In this document: positions 48,524 through 58,645 of the stretch, one piece after another | Layout: every line of letters starts with the position of its first letter | How positions within the stretch are numbered: position 1 is the first letter of the stretch | From: an uncultured Candidatus Saccharibacteria bacterium | GTDB taxonomy: Bacteria; Patescibacteriota; Minisyncoccia; Phycocordibacterales; CAIZLB01 | Direction of reading: 5' to 3' | Assembly (NCBI GenBank): GCA_964467385.1 | Contig: CAYXQC010000002.1 | Location: forward strand, 65,625 to 129,624 | DNA length: 64,000 nt | Position numbers and translations under genes: made by a program | Notes under the pieces: generated by a model | The model's input: the letters and a program-made list of their open reading frames with translations, nothing else | Told to the model about the DNA's origin: nothing | Database searches by the model: none

Positions 48524-49105
48524 ATGAATATTTTTTCAAGAAAATCTAAAATTGTCGGCCATACCGCACAGAGGATTGTGGATAGAAACAAACGAGGTTT
48601 TACGCTGGTTGAAATGCTTATTTACGTCGGTCTATGTGCAGTACTTATGGTTGGTTTAGTCAATGCTATGCTTCTCCTTACTGATGCGTACCGTACAGTT
48701 AAAACAGCTCGAAAGATGGAAAGTTCCGCTATTACATTGATGGACCGTATCATTCGAGAAGCGCGACGTTCGACAGGTATCAATGCAGGAGCATTTGATG
48801 TGCCGAATGGAAGTGTGACACTTGAGGCAGGAAGTTCTACGTCTCCATACTTAACTTTTTATCTACAGGATGGTCGAGCGTATATTACGGATGAAGGAGA
48901 CTCGTCACCGCTCACTGATTCTGACATAGTTGTCGAATCGATGGTATTTAGTCGCTATCCGCTATACAACGTTCAGTTTGCTACAAGCTCAGTACTTCTT
49001 CGGGTTGATTTCACTATAAATAGTGGATCTTCTACTCCAAATTTTACAACAAGAAGTTTTTACGGCTCAGCTATCCTTAGAGGTTCATACGATTTTCAAC
49101 CATAA
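48524..49105 (+). CDS. Type IV pilin-like protein (minor pilin candidate)
   Basis: Leader ...RG^FTLVEMLIYVGLCAVLMVGLV, a prepilin-type N-terminus. Confidence 0.6.
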   Translation: MNIFSRKSKIVGHTAQRIVDRNKRGFTLVEMLIYVGLCAVLMVGLVNAMLLLTDAYRTVKTARKMESSAITLMDRIIREARRSTGINAGAFDVPNGSVTLEAGSSTSPYLTFYLQDGRAYITDEGDSSPLTDSDIVVESMVFSRYPLYNVQFATSSVLLRVDFTINSGSSTPNFTTRSFYGSAILRGSYDFQP

Positions 49106-49136
49106 ACAAATTGTAGTTTTACATTTGTTACAATAG

Positions 49137-50963
49137 ATGTATCGCATTATGAATACATCATCTAAAACTCATTCTCAGATCAAAATTAATACACATGTTT
49201 GCGCCCGGAAAAATAGTGGACAAGTCATAATGGGTTCACTGCTGATGTTTCTATCTATTTCTATTGTCGTACTTGTAGGTATTGCAACACCGGTTGCGGT
49301 ACAGGTACGATCGGCTGCTGATTTTCTTCAATCAAAACAAGGATACATTACTGCTGATGTATTGAATGAAGAAAGTTTGTATCGACTCAATAAAGGTTGG
49401 ACCTTACCTTCAACACTTGTTCTTTCTTTCAATGAATCAACATCAACTGCACTTATCACTGATGTTGACGGTAAAAAACAGATCATTGCTACAGGTGTTT
49501 CCGGTCTATTTTCAAGAATATCTAAAAGTGTTTTCACTCCACAAGGGACTAAGTCAGTCAATATTAGCTATGCCACCCAGATTGGTAATGGGGGTTTAAC
49601 CATGGATGGCAGCCCTACAATCACAGGTAATGCTATTTCGAACGGAAATATAACGGGTTCAGGGGTTTCTACTATTACAGGCAATGCCTTGTCTTCTATT
49701 TCCACACCAGAATCTACAGACCAATCAAATGGTAGTGGAACTCCAGCGGTAAATCTAGTATTTGGAAATGCTAATGCTACACAGGATTTTGCGCAGAGTT
49801 TTACTGTGTCAACAACCACTTCATTATCAAGAGTGCTTTTATATATGAAAAAGACTGGTACACCGTCTAATATAACCGTGAGAGTCACTGCTGATTCTTC
49901 AGGAAATCCAGCTGGCACAAGTCTTGCTACTGCTACACTAAATGTCACTCAGATCGCAACTTCGTATTCGTGGGTTCCAGTAGTGTTCACTTCGAATACT
50001 TCATTAACTCCAGGGACTACATATTGGCTCGTTTTAGACGTTCCTTCGAATTCAAATACAAGCAATTTTACTATGGGTATAAGTAATACAGATTCATATA
50101 GATCTGCGAATTCAGTTAAGATGGGACGATACAATGTGAGTAGTTGGACAACTTCTACTTCAAATTATGATGCATTTTTCAAACTCTATCTCGGCGGCGT
50201 GAGTTCTATTTCAGGAGTAGTAGTAAATGGATTTGCTTCTGCGTATTCAGTAAGTAACTCGACGGTTTCTGGGGCACTTTATTGTCAAAGTGGCTCTGGT
50301 AATAACAAATCATGTAACACTTCATCTTCAACTCCGGTATCTATTTCTTACCCGCTTGCTGATTCAAATATCACTGATTGGAAAGCAGAAGCTACGGCTG
50401 GAGGTGTACGAACTGGCAATGTAACTATTAATGGAGTTACTGCTACAACTACGGGGCCAATCAAGATAAATGGAAACCTTACGATTAGTGAGAGTGGTCG
50501 ACTTACTATGACTGGTACTATCTATGTAACAGGAGATGTGACTATTAACGGTGCTGCAAACCTGAGTGTTGATTCTTCTTATGGTGCAAAAACAGGTGTG
50601 CTTATTGCAGATGGAAAAATCAATGTCACTGCCTCAGGTGCTGTTTCTGGTAGTGGTACGGCTGGTAGTTATGTGCTTTTTGTGACTACAAGTACTTGTG
50701 GAGGTACTGCTACTTGTTCAGGAGGTGCTTCAGCTATAACCGTGAGTGGTGCAGCAGGTGCCGTGGTGCTTTTCGCTCCAAATGGAAAAGTGGCATTCAC
50801 TGGAAGTGCTAGCGCAAAAGCGGTTGCTGGATATGCCGTGAGCCTATCCGGAGCAACACAAGTCAATTACGAAAGTGGCTTATCAAGTCTCACTTTTAGT
50901 AGTACACAATCAAGTGGGACTTCATCTTGGGTCACAGATACCTGGAAGGAGATTTTTCAGTAG
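49137..50963 (+). CDS. Large (608 aa) Ser/Thr/Gly-rich pilin-like or pilus-associated protein, tip-adhesin candidate
   Basis: An N-terminal hydrophobic segment (GSLLMFLSISIVVLVGIATPV) is followed by a long beta-rich S/T/G/N repeat region. It is the last gene of the pilus operon. Confidence 0.45.
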   Translation: MYRIMNTSSKTHSQIKINTHVCARKNSGQVIMGSLLMFLSISIVVLVGIATPVAVQVRSAADFLQSKQGYITADVLNEESLYRLNKGWTLPSTLVLSFNESTSTALITDVDGKKQIIATGVSGLFSRISKSVFTPQGTKSVNISYATQIGNGGLTMDGSPTITGNAISNGNITGSGVSTITGNALSSISTPESTDQSNGSGTPAVNLVFGNANATQDFAQSFTVSTTTSLSRVLLYMKKTGTPSNITVRVTADSSGNPAGTSLATATLNVTQIATSYSWVPVVFTSNTSLTPGTTYWLVLDVPSNSNTSNFTMGISNTDSYRSANSVKMGRYNVSSWTTSTSNYDAFFKLYLGGVSSISGVVVNGFASAYSVSNSTVSGALYCQSGSGNNKSCNTSSSTPVSISYPLADSNITDWKAEATAGGVRTGNVTINGVTATTTGPIKINGNLTISESGRLTMTGTIYVTGDVTINGAANLSVDSSYGAKTGVLIADGKINVTASGAVSGSGTAGSYVLFVTTSTCGGTATCSGGASAITVSGAAGAVVLFAPNGKVAFTGSASAKAVAGYAVSLSGATQVNYESGLSSLTFSSTQSSGTSSWVTDTWKEIFQ

Positions 50964-51052
50964 GTTTTTATAGTGCAAATTTCTATATTTGGTTACAGCC
51001 TTCGTCTTTTGTGAATAGGTCTTGATTCGGCATCTTTTGCTATAATCATTTC

Positions 51053-52009
51053 ATGAAAAATAAAAAACCACTTCTTGTAGGAAATTGGAAAATGAATCCG
51101 GCTGTGCTTGGTGATGCTCGAAAAAAGATCACAGAATTAAAGAAAATAGCCCTTTCATACAAAGATTTGGAAATTGTTATTTGTCCTCCAGCTCCATTTA
51201 TCTCTGGCCTGGCCGAAATTACTCTTGGAAAAAGTTTCCTTTCAGGTGCACGAATACAGGGAAACATGTCTATTTCTCAGGCTGGTAAACACGCCAAGGC
51301 AGGACTTGTACAAATTGGTACTCAGGATGCTTCGCAGCACGAAGAGGGTGGTTCACGAACCGGTGAAATTGGCGTGAAAATGCTAGAAAGCGCTGGTGCG
51401 ACCTATTGTATCGTTGGGCACTCAGAACGACGTGCCGCAGGAGATACAGGTGCGACTATTGCCTTGAAAATCCAGCAAGCACTTCGCACTCACATGAATG
51501 TTATTGTTTGTGTAGGTGAGAAAGAGCGTGATACTGATGCAGGTTATTTAGAAATTATCAAAGCTCAACTCAAAGAGGCTCTTGTTCATGTTACTCGATC
51601 GGAATTTCATAAAATTATTATTGCCTACGAGCCTGTATGGGCGATTGGACGGAAGGATAATGTTGCGATTACTTCATACGACCTCCACCAGATGGTTGTA
51701 TACATCAAGAAATTCCTCAAGGAAACATATGGAGAAACGATTGCTTCTATCACACGGATTCTTTACGGAGGATCAGTTACAGCGGAAAATGCAGAAGATA
51801 TCTTTGTGAAAGGTGAGGTTGATGGTCTCTTGGTTGGACGAGCAAGTTGGGAACCAAAAGGTTTTCGAGATATTTTCGATGCAATCAAGGTTGCTCCGAA
51901 GACTCATAACACAAAAGAGCTAAAGAAATCATTAAAAAAGGCCAAAGAAAATAAGCGAAATGGCGGTTTCAAGGGGCCAATCGATCGAAGCGGATCAAAG
52001 AAGAGATAG
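51053..52009 (+). CDS. tpiA: Triosephosphate isomerase with a ~65-aa basic C-terminal extension
   Basis: LVGNWKMN, IVGHSERR and YEPVWAIG catalytic motifs, followed by a Lys/Arg-rich tail (KKSLKKAKENKRNGGFKGP...). Confidence 0.85.
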   Translation: MKNKKPLLVGNWKMNPAVLGDARKKITELKKIALSYKDLEIVICPPAPFISGLAEITLGKSFLSGARIQGNMSISQAGKHAKAGLVQIGTQDASQHEEGGSRTGEIGVKMLESAGATYCIVGHSERRAAGDTGATIALKIQQALRTHMNVIVCVGEKERDTDAGYLEIIKAQLKEALVHVTRSEFHKIIIAYEPVWAIGRKDNVAITSYDLHQMVVYIKKFLKETYGETIASITRILYGGSVTAENAEDIFVKGEVDGLLVGRASWEPKGFRDIFDAIKVAPKTHNTKELKKSLKKAKENKRNGGFKGPIDRSGSKKR

Positions 52010-52099
52010 TTTGAAATAATGCTGAATGGTGTAGTAAAAAGTGTGGCAAAATAAAGAAAACAAAGCGTAGATAGCAGATAAAAAATTAATCAAAAATTT

Positions 52100-53284
52100 A
52101 TGCACATAAAATCAATCACAGAACTTGGACAAGTAGAATTAAAGGGGAAACGGGTGCTGGTACGTGTTGATTTTAATGTTCAGGTGTATGAAGGAAAAAT
52201 TCTTGATGATCTTCGGGTACGAAAAACCTTACCGACTATTAAGTTTTTACGTGACGCTGGAGCAAAAATTATTCTTATCTCACATATTGAAAGCAAGGAT
52301 GACACCGGTCTTCGGCCGGTTGCTGATTACATCAGCGCTCACTATGCCGCAGAGTGCGGCGAAGTTAAGTTTGTTGAGAACTTTTTGAGTGAATCTTCAC
52401 GAGAAGTGTGCTCAGCTACGAACGAGAATTTCAAAAATGGACAGGTCGTCCTCTTCGAAAATCTTCGTACAAGTGAAGGTGAAAAAGCCAATGATCCAGA
52501 ATTTGCAAAACACCTAGCGAGTTTTGCAGATATATACGTAAACGATGCATTCGCTGTTTCTCATCGAGCACATGCATCTGTTGTTGGAGTACCGGCACTG
52601 TTTCCAAATGCTCGATTCGCAGGCATTCAGCTTGGCCTCGAGCTCGAAAATCTAAAAACTGCTTTCAATCCTCCTCACCCTTTTATTTTTATCCTTGGTG
52701 GCGCAAAGTTCGAAACGAAATTGCCACTTATTGAGAAATTTTCAAAAACTGCCGACTATCTATATCTTGGCGGAGCTTTGCTAAATGACATTCTCAAAGC
52801 AAAAGGATTTTCTGTTGGTAAATCGCTCGTGTCTTCTGGTTCTGTGGATGTATCAGCCGCGGCTTCGAATCCCAAAGTAATTATTCCAGATGATGTGATT
52901 GTCGAGCGTGCCGGTGAAAAGATGGCTGTAGCTTTAGATGACGTATGTGACGACGATATGATCATGGACGTTGGACCTTCATTTACGCAAAAACTTCTTG
53001 AGCACATTGCAAGTGCGAAGTTTGTTCTCTGGAATGGACCGATGGGTAATTATGAAAAAGGATATAAAGAGCAAACGGTTTCTATGGCGCGTGTGATTGC
53101 CGAATCTTCGGCACAGTCTCTGATCGGAGGTGGTGACACGACTGCAGCTATCGCAGAGCTAGGATTTGATGCGGTCAAAGATGGTAAAGGTAACACCTCA
53201 CATATGTTCGTCTCAACTGGTGGTGGCGCAATGCTCGAATATCTAGAAAACGAAACGCTCCCAGGTGTGGAAGCGCTCGCTTAA
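52100..53284 (+). CDS. pgk: Phosphoglycerate kinase
   Basis: KRVLVRVDFNV N-terminal motif and a C-terminal nucleotide-binding domain (GGGDT). Confidence 0.9.
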   Translation: MHIKSITELGQVELKGKRVLVRVDFNVQVYEGKILDDLRVRKTLPTIKFLRDAGAKIILISHIESKDDTGLRPVADYISAHYAAECGEVKFVENFLSESSREVCSATNENFKNGQVVLFENLRTSEGEKANDPEFAKHLASFADIYVNDAFAVSHRAHASVVGVPALFPNARFAGIQLGLELENLKTAFNPPHPFIFILGGAKFETKLPLIEKFSKTADYLYLGGALLNDILKAKGFSVGKSLVSSGSVDVSAAASNPKVIIPDDVIVERAGEKMAVALDDVCDDDMIMDVGPSFTQKLLEHIASAKFVLWNGPMGNYEKGYKEQTVSMARVIAESSAQSLIGGGDTTAAIAELGFDAVKDGKGNTSHMFVSTGGGAMLEYLENETLPGVEALA

Positions 53285-53301
53285 CTTTTTCAACTTCAAT
53301 C

Positions 53302-53841
53302 TTAATTTTCCTCAGCAGGTCGTACCATTTCAATATATTCAAGTTTGTCTTTGAATAATTGAAGAGGTTTATCTGTCTTTTTGAATCCGTATCTTTCATA
53401 AAATCCTTGTGCGTGTTGGTTGGCTAAAAATACCTGCAGATAGCATGGCTTATCTTTGTCTGCCCAAGCTAAAAATTCTTCCATTAATTTTCCACCAATA
53501 CCTAGACTTTTTGCCTGGTTTAGTAAATAAAGACCTTCTAATTCGGTATATTCGTCTTGTTTTGAACCATGGAGAAAACCGAGAACTTTTCCATCCCTGT
53601 CATGTACTACTCTGTAGAGAATTTTATCGGGATGTTTTGCAGCTTTCTCAAAAGTATTTCTCCGGAAAACGTTACCTTCCTCAGTTGCAGCGTTCCCTCG
53701 AAGTTCATCGATAACTTCTTCAGTGACTCCTTTTGCTGGATTGATATATGTCTCTTTCCAGGATCTTAGATGCATTATTCCCACAGCGACATCATCTCCC
53801 TCTTGAGGATTGTCAATTGTAAATTTAGGCTCTTTTTCCAT
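53302..53841 (-). CDS. GNAT-family N-acetyltransferase
   Basis: 179 aa with an acetyl-CoA binding-like motif (LGIGGKLMEEFLAWA) and a typical GNAT beta-strand pattern. Confidence 0.65.
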   Translation of the reverse strand: MEKEPKFTIDNPQEGDDVAVGIMHLRSWKETYINPAKGVTEEVIDELRGNAATEEGNVFRRNTFEKAAKHPDKILYRVVHDRDGKVLGFLHGSKQDEYTELEGLYLLNQAKSLGIGGKLMEEFLAWADKDKPCYLQVFLANQHAQGFYERYGFKKTDKPLQLFKDKLEYIEMVRPAEEN

Positions 53842-53862
53842 GTTAGATTATCGTCGTGAAAA

Positions 53863-54294
53863 TTACTTTAAAGCCTCAACCATCTTCTCACCAAGCTCTT
53901 TAGCTTCATTTTCTGAGTCATATGCTTTACCTGGCCAATGCATGAAGCCGTCCTCGTTTTCTCGCGGTACGATATGGACATGAGTGTGGAAGACAATTTG
54001 CCCGGCCGCACTTTCATTGTTCATTATTATGTTTAAACCATCTGCGCTCACTGCATTTTTCACAGCAATAGCTACTTTCTGAACCGTGAGCATTACCCGG
54101 CACCAAAGTTCTGCAGGTGTCGTGTATACATTTTCAAAATGATCTTTAGGGATTACCAGTACGTGACCCTTGTTAACTGGCCGAATATCAAGAAAAGCTA
54201 GAGTGGTCTCATCTTCGTAGATTTTTATGGCAGGGATTTCGTTTTGGATAATTTTACAGAAAACGCAGTCGGCTTGGTGGTTGGCGTGTGTCAT
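53863..54294 (-). CDS. HIT-family (histidine triad) nucleotide hydrolase
   Basis: CVFCKII, GHVLVIPK and the histidine triad HTHVHIVPR. Confidence 0.85.
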   Translation of the reverse strand: MTHANHQADCVFCKIIQNEIPAIKIYEDETTLAFLDIRPVNKGHVLVIPKDHFENVYTTPAELWCRVMLTVQKVAIAVKNAVSADGLNIIMNNESAAGQIVFHTHVHIVPRENEDGFMHWPGKAYDSENEAKELGEKMVEALK

Positions 54295-54372
54295 ATGGTG
54301 GTTATTATGGCTTATTTTTGAGGGAATGTATATGAAAGTTATTGCTCGCTTCTGTGATAAACTGCTCGGAGT

Positions 54373-56103
54373 ATGCCCACCTACAAACTCCGAACCACTG
54401 AAGGTGATACATTTCTAGATCAACTTCTGCATAGCCGAGGCCTCAAAAATTCCGAAGATAAACAGGTTTTTCTAAACCCTGAGTACAATTCCGGCACGCA
54501 TGACCCATTTCTCCTCAAAGATATGGATCGAACAGTTGAGCGGATAAAGCGTGCGGTCGATGCGAACGAGAAAATAACCATATACAGCGACTTTGATGCT
54601 GATGGTATTCCTGGTGCGGTGGTTCTTCATGATTGTTTGAAGAAAATTGGCCATACAAACTTTGCGAACTATATTCCACATCGTCATCGCGAAGGCTTCG
54701 GTATTCATAAAGCAGCTCTTGATGAAATCGCTAAAGCCGGTTCGACGCTGGTGATCAGTATCGATTGCGGAATTGCGGATATTGAATCTGCAAAATATGC
54801 CAAGGAACTTGGTATTGACCTAATCATCACTGACCATCATACGCCGGGTGATGTACTGCCAGATGCCTATGCTCTTATTAATCCTAAACGACCAGACTGT
54901 CAGTACCCAGAGAAAATGCTTTGCGGTGCTGGGGTGATTTATAAAGTTGCTCAAGCCTTGGCGCGAACGTTCAATGTGCCCGAAGGTTATGAAAAATGGT
55001 GGCTCGACATGGTAGGTCTTGCGACGCTCTCTGATATGGTACCTCTTCTTGGTGAAAATAGAATATTTGCACACTTCGGACTGATCGTGATGAGAAAAGC
55101 ACGACGAGTCGGTCTTCAGAAACTTTTTAAATCAGTAAAAATCGATCCACGATATCTGACCGAAGAAGATATTGCATTCATGGTCACTCCACGTATCAAC
55201 GCTGCTTCGCGAATGGCTGATCCTATCGATGCATTCAAACTTTTGTCGACGACGGATGAACTCGAGGCGGATATGATGACGGAACATTTAAATACTATAA
55301 ATAACAACAGAAAGGTACAGGTAGCGCATCTAGTAAAAGATATTAAGAAGAAAATAGATGAGCGAGATATAAGCGATAAGCCGGTGATCGTACTCGGTGA
55401 TATTGGCTGGAATCCGCCAGTTCTAGGTCTTGCCGCGACTCATATTGTGCGTGATTACAATAAGCCAACTTTTCTCTGGGGTAAATCCGAAGAAGGAGAG
55501 GAGGGAGTTTTCAAGGGTTCATGTCGTGCACCAGCTGGTATGGATGTTGTAAAAATCATGCGCGCAATGCCTGCTGATTATTTTCTAAATGCCGGAGGAC
55601 ACTCTGCTTCAGGTGGTTTTTCTATTGCTGAAGACAAGATTCATTTTTTTGAGAAATTGGCACTTGAGGCTGATTTGAAGCTGAAGGGTGGTGTTGGTGC
55701 TATGGATACAGATGGTGTAGATCCTGCTATGGCAGAAAATAGCAAAGAAAATCAAGATATTTTATGGATCGACAAGTATGCTGAGCCTGCGGATGTTGGT
55801 TTTAAGGTATGGTCAACGATTGAAAAAGTTGCCCCATTTGGCGAAGCAAATCCAAAGCCAGTTTTTATGTTCAAAAAGGTAATTATTGATGCTATAAATC
55901 TATTTGGTAAGAAAAAAGAGCATGCCGAGCTTGTGCTTAAAGGGAAAGGTTCAGTTAAAGCTATAAAATTCTTCGCTGAGGATGACAAGATTTTCATGTC
56001 TAAAATCGCAGAAGGAAAAAAGGTTGATGTGGTTGCACATATGGAAAAATCGATGTTTAAAAGATACCCGGAATACAGACTTAGAATTATTGATATACTG
56101 TAG
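54373..56103 (+). CDS. recJ: Single-stranded-DNA-specific exonuclease RecJ
   Basis: DHH motifs (DFDADGI, ITDHH) and a DHHA1 region (GGH.ASGG). Confidence 0.85.
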   Translation: MPTYKLRTTEGDTFLDQLLHSRGLKNSEDKQVFLNPEYNSGTHDPFLLKDMDRTVERIKRAVDANEKITIYSDFDADGIPGAVVLHDCLKKIGHTNFANYIPHRHREGFGIHKAALDEIAKAGSTLVISIDCGIADIESAKYAKELGIDLIITDHHTPGDVLPDAYALINPKRPDCQYPEKMLCGAGVIYKVAQALARTFNVPEGYEKWWLDMVGLATLSDMVPLLGENRIFAHFGLIVMRKARRVGLQKLFKSVKIDPRYLTEEDIAFMVTPRINAASRMADPIDAFKLLSTTDELEADMMTEHLNTINNNRKVQVAHLVKDIKKKIDERDISDKPVIVLGDIGWNPPVLGLAATHIVRDYNKPTFLWGKSEEGEEGVFKGSCRAPAGMDVVKIMRAMPADYFLNAGGHSASGGFSIAEDKIHFFEKLALEADLKLKGGVGAMDTDGVDPAMAENSKENQDILWIDKYAEPADVGFKVWSTIEKVAPFGEANPKPVFMFKKVIIDAINLFGKKKEHAELVLKGKGSVKAIKFFAEDDKIFMSKIAEGKKVDVVAHMEKSMFKRYPEYRLRIIDIL

Positions 56104-56163
56104 AGGTTAAAAATCGATACGCGCGCCTCGGCGTGAGTAAATAAATTACACAGCACATACGGT

Positions 56164-56973
56164 ATGAAAATTCTCTCAATAAAAGATAAAGAAATTGTTA
56201 TTTTTACAGACGGTTCATCAAGAGGAAATCCTGGTCCGGGCGGTTTTGGTGCAATAGCGATTTATCCAAATGCTTATGGTGAAATATGTGTGGACGAACT
56301 TGGCGGCGGAGAACTTTCTACTACTAATAACCGCATGGAACTAGCCGCGGTTATTGCTGGCCTGAAGAATTTTGAAAATTATTATCAAAATCTAGGTGAA
56401 TATACTTTCATCTTGTATATCGACTCTGCCTACGTTATGAATAGTGCTGAAAAATGGTTAAGTGGCTGGAAGAAAAAGGGTTGGGTTACCGCAGGTAAGG
56501 AAGATGTGAAAAACAGAGATATGTGGGAAGAATATGATGCGTTCGTAAGTGCACATAGTCTAAAAATCAAATGGAACTTACTTAAAGGTCATTCTGGTAT
56601 TTTCGGTAATGAACGATGTGACGTTATCGCAACATCTTTTGCTGATCAGAAGCCTGTAAAGCTCTACACTGGTACACTAGCCGGATACGAGAGTACGCCG
56701 GAGGGTAGTGATATTTTAAATCTGGCGTCTGGAAACAGTACTGGTGCTGATGATACTAGCACAAGTGGCATGAAGAAAAGTTCAAAAAGTTCTAAAAAAT
56801 CAGGTATGCCAGCATATTCATATGTAAGTATGGTAAATGGAAAAATTTTGACTCATAAAACATGGACAGAATGTGAGTCTGAAGTGAAAGGAAAGAGTAG
56901 TGCAAAGTTCAAAAAAGTATTCTCAAGGACTGAAGAGGATGAACTGATTAAAGAGTTTAAAAATTCTTTATAG
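56164..56973 (+). CDS. rnhA: Ribonuclease HI with a C-terminal hybrid-binding-like (HBD/Cauli_VI-like) extension
   Basis: RNase H DEDD residues (TDGSS, NRMELAA, YIDSAYV, NERCD). The C-terminus YSYVSMVNGKILTHKTWTECESEVKGKSSAKFKKVFSRTEEDELIKEF matches the HBD pattern Y.V..G..G....W.EC...V.G...A.FKKF...EEA..F. Confidence 0.85.
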   Translation: MKILSIKDKEIVIFTDGSSRGNPGPGGFGAIAIYPNAYGEICVDELGGGELSTTNNRMELAAVIAGLKNFENYYQNLGEYTFILYIDSAYVMNSAEKWLSGWKKKGWVTAGKEDVKNRDMWEEYDAFVSAHSLKIKWNLLKGHSGIFGNERCDVIATSFADQKPVKLYTGTLAGYESTPEGSDILNLASGNSTGADDTSTSGMKKSSKSSKKSGMPAYSYVSMVNGKILTHKTWTECESEVKGKSSAKFKKVFSRTEEDELIKEFKNSL

Positions 56974-57004
56974 AGTCTTAATGTCAAGTTTGTATGATTC
57001 GTGA

Positions 57005-58645
57005 GTGACTGATGCAGATATCGAGAAAACTGAAAAAATAGAAATCACAAGGTTTTTTGTATTTTTTGGATTGATAATGTTGGCGATCTCTGTAATTGCA
57101 GGCCGATATGTTTTAGTGAAAAGACATGACGTAGAGACAAAAAGTTTTTACACAACATACGGAATCAAAGATGATGTCGAATTAGCAAAAAATAAAGTTG
57201 AGATATTTGGAAAAGTCATTTCAGAACCAGAAAATAAGGCTGGGTATCAACGCTTGGTAGTTTCGGTCGTAGCTGGGATTTTTACGGATAGATCTACAAA
57301 TAAATTTGCAGACCAAGAACAGGCATCTCAAATTGAATCAACTGAAAGTAGGAGAATATTTAAAGACACAAAAATTTTGATAAAAAATAAAAACCAGGAT
57401 CAGCAAAATTTTCAATATGCTGATTATGTTCGATTTACTACAAAGTTAAATAGGCCGAAAAATATAACAGGGGAGGATGGTCGGACTTTTGACTACGAAT
57501 CTTATCTTTCTAAAGATGACATATTTTTTGTTGGTGACACGTTTGATATGACGTCCGACATGTCGTCTGGCTATGACACTGTCACAGGTGATCAAAGTGT
57601 AAATTTAAAATCAAAAACACTTCAAGAAAAAATAATCATTGGTTTGTATTCATTTAAGAAAAAATTTATGGAGCATGTTGAGCAAAGTTTACCTCTACCT
57701 CATGCCTATTTGGCGAACGGTTTGGTCATATCCGGAAAAGGGTCACTCAGTAAAATTATTCAAGATCAATTTCAGAAAGTAGGTCTCATACATATTGTAG
57801 TTTTGTCTGGATTTAATATTTCAATTATTGGTGAAAGTATCATTAAAATTTTATCTTTTCTACCAAAAATTTTGAGTGGAATTTTAGGCTCAATCGGAAT
57901 CATCTTGTTTGGCATAATGGCGGGAGGAGGAGCAACTGTATATCGTTCAGTTATCATGGCACTGATTGGAATCTATGCACGAATTTTCGACCGGAAGAAT
58001 TCAGCAATTATGTCACTTTTTTTGGCTGGAACTTTGATGCTTTTAGTTAATCCAAAATTACTATTTGAGGATCCTGGTTTCCAATTAAGCTTCATGGCAA
58101 CATTTGGGCTTATTAGTCTATCAAGTCCAATAGAGAAAATTTTGATGTCTTTTTGGAAATCATTTGCACCCAAAATTGGTTGTAAGGCAGAACCTGGAAA
58201 AATATTGAAAGGTGTTTTTGAATTGATATCCTCGACTCTTGCGACTCAGGTTTCTACGTTACCACTTATTATTCAATTCTCTGGGTTGGCATCCTTTGTA
58301 GCATTACCGGTCAATATGATAGTCCTTCCATTTATCCCCCTCACCATGCTCATGGTGTTTTTTATTGGCGCACTCAGTTTCATAAATCCATGGCTCAGTT
58401 TTATCCCCACCATTGTTTCGTGGTTCCTACTGTCGTATGAATTCATGGTGGTGAAACTCGGGTCAAGTGTTCCGTATGGATTTATAAAACTTGGACCGGT
58501 GTCTAAACAGTGGATCTTTACTCTGTATTTCGTAGTTGTGCTTTTGGTGTCAATAGGAAATCTCGATATTTTTGCAAGAATCATAAAAACTTTAGTTAAA
58601 GTTATCCACAAGTTTGTCAGAAAAAAGCAGTTTTGTGTAACTTGA
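57005..58645 (+). CDS. comEC: ComEC/Rec2 competence channel: N-terminal (DUF4131 plus Competence) domains only
   Basis: Polytopic membrane protein with the Competence-domain motif HIVVLSGFNISIIG. It lacks a metallo-beta-lactamase domain. Confidence 0.75.
   Translation: MTDADIEKTEKIEITRFFVFFGLIMLAISVIAGRYVLVKRHDVETKSFYTTYGIKDDVELAKNKVEIFGKVISEPENKAGYQRLVVSVVAGIFTDRSTNKFADQEQASQIESTESRRIFKDTKILIKNKNQDQQNFQYADYVRFTTKLNRPKNITGEDGRTFDYESYLSKDDIFFVGDTFDMTSDMSSGYDTVTGDQSVNLKSKTLQEKIIIGLYSFKKKFMEHVEQSLPLPHAYLANGLVISGKGSLSKIIQDQFQKVGLIHIVVLSGFNISIIGESIIKILSFLPKILSGILGSIGIILFGIMAGGGATVYRSVIMALIGIYARIFDRKNSAIMSLFLAGTLMLLVNPKLLFEDPGFQLSFMATFGLISLSSPIEKILMSFWKSFAPKIGCKAEPGKILKGVFELISSTLATQVSTLPLIIQFSGLASFVALPVNMIVLPFIPLTMLMVFFIGALSFINPWLSFIPTIVSWFLLSYEFMVVKLGSSVPYGFIKLGPVSKQWIFTLYFVVVLLVSIGNLDIFARIIKTLVKVIHKFVRKKQFCVT

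Noticed and set aside
49568-49948. 126-aa minus-strand ORF inside the 608-aa pilin-like gene
   Set aside because: It is antisense within a low-complexity Ser/Thr/Gly-rich coding region, which generates long open antisense frames by chance.
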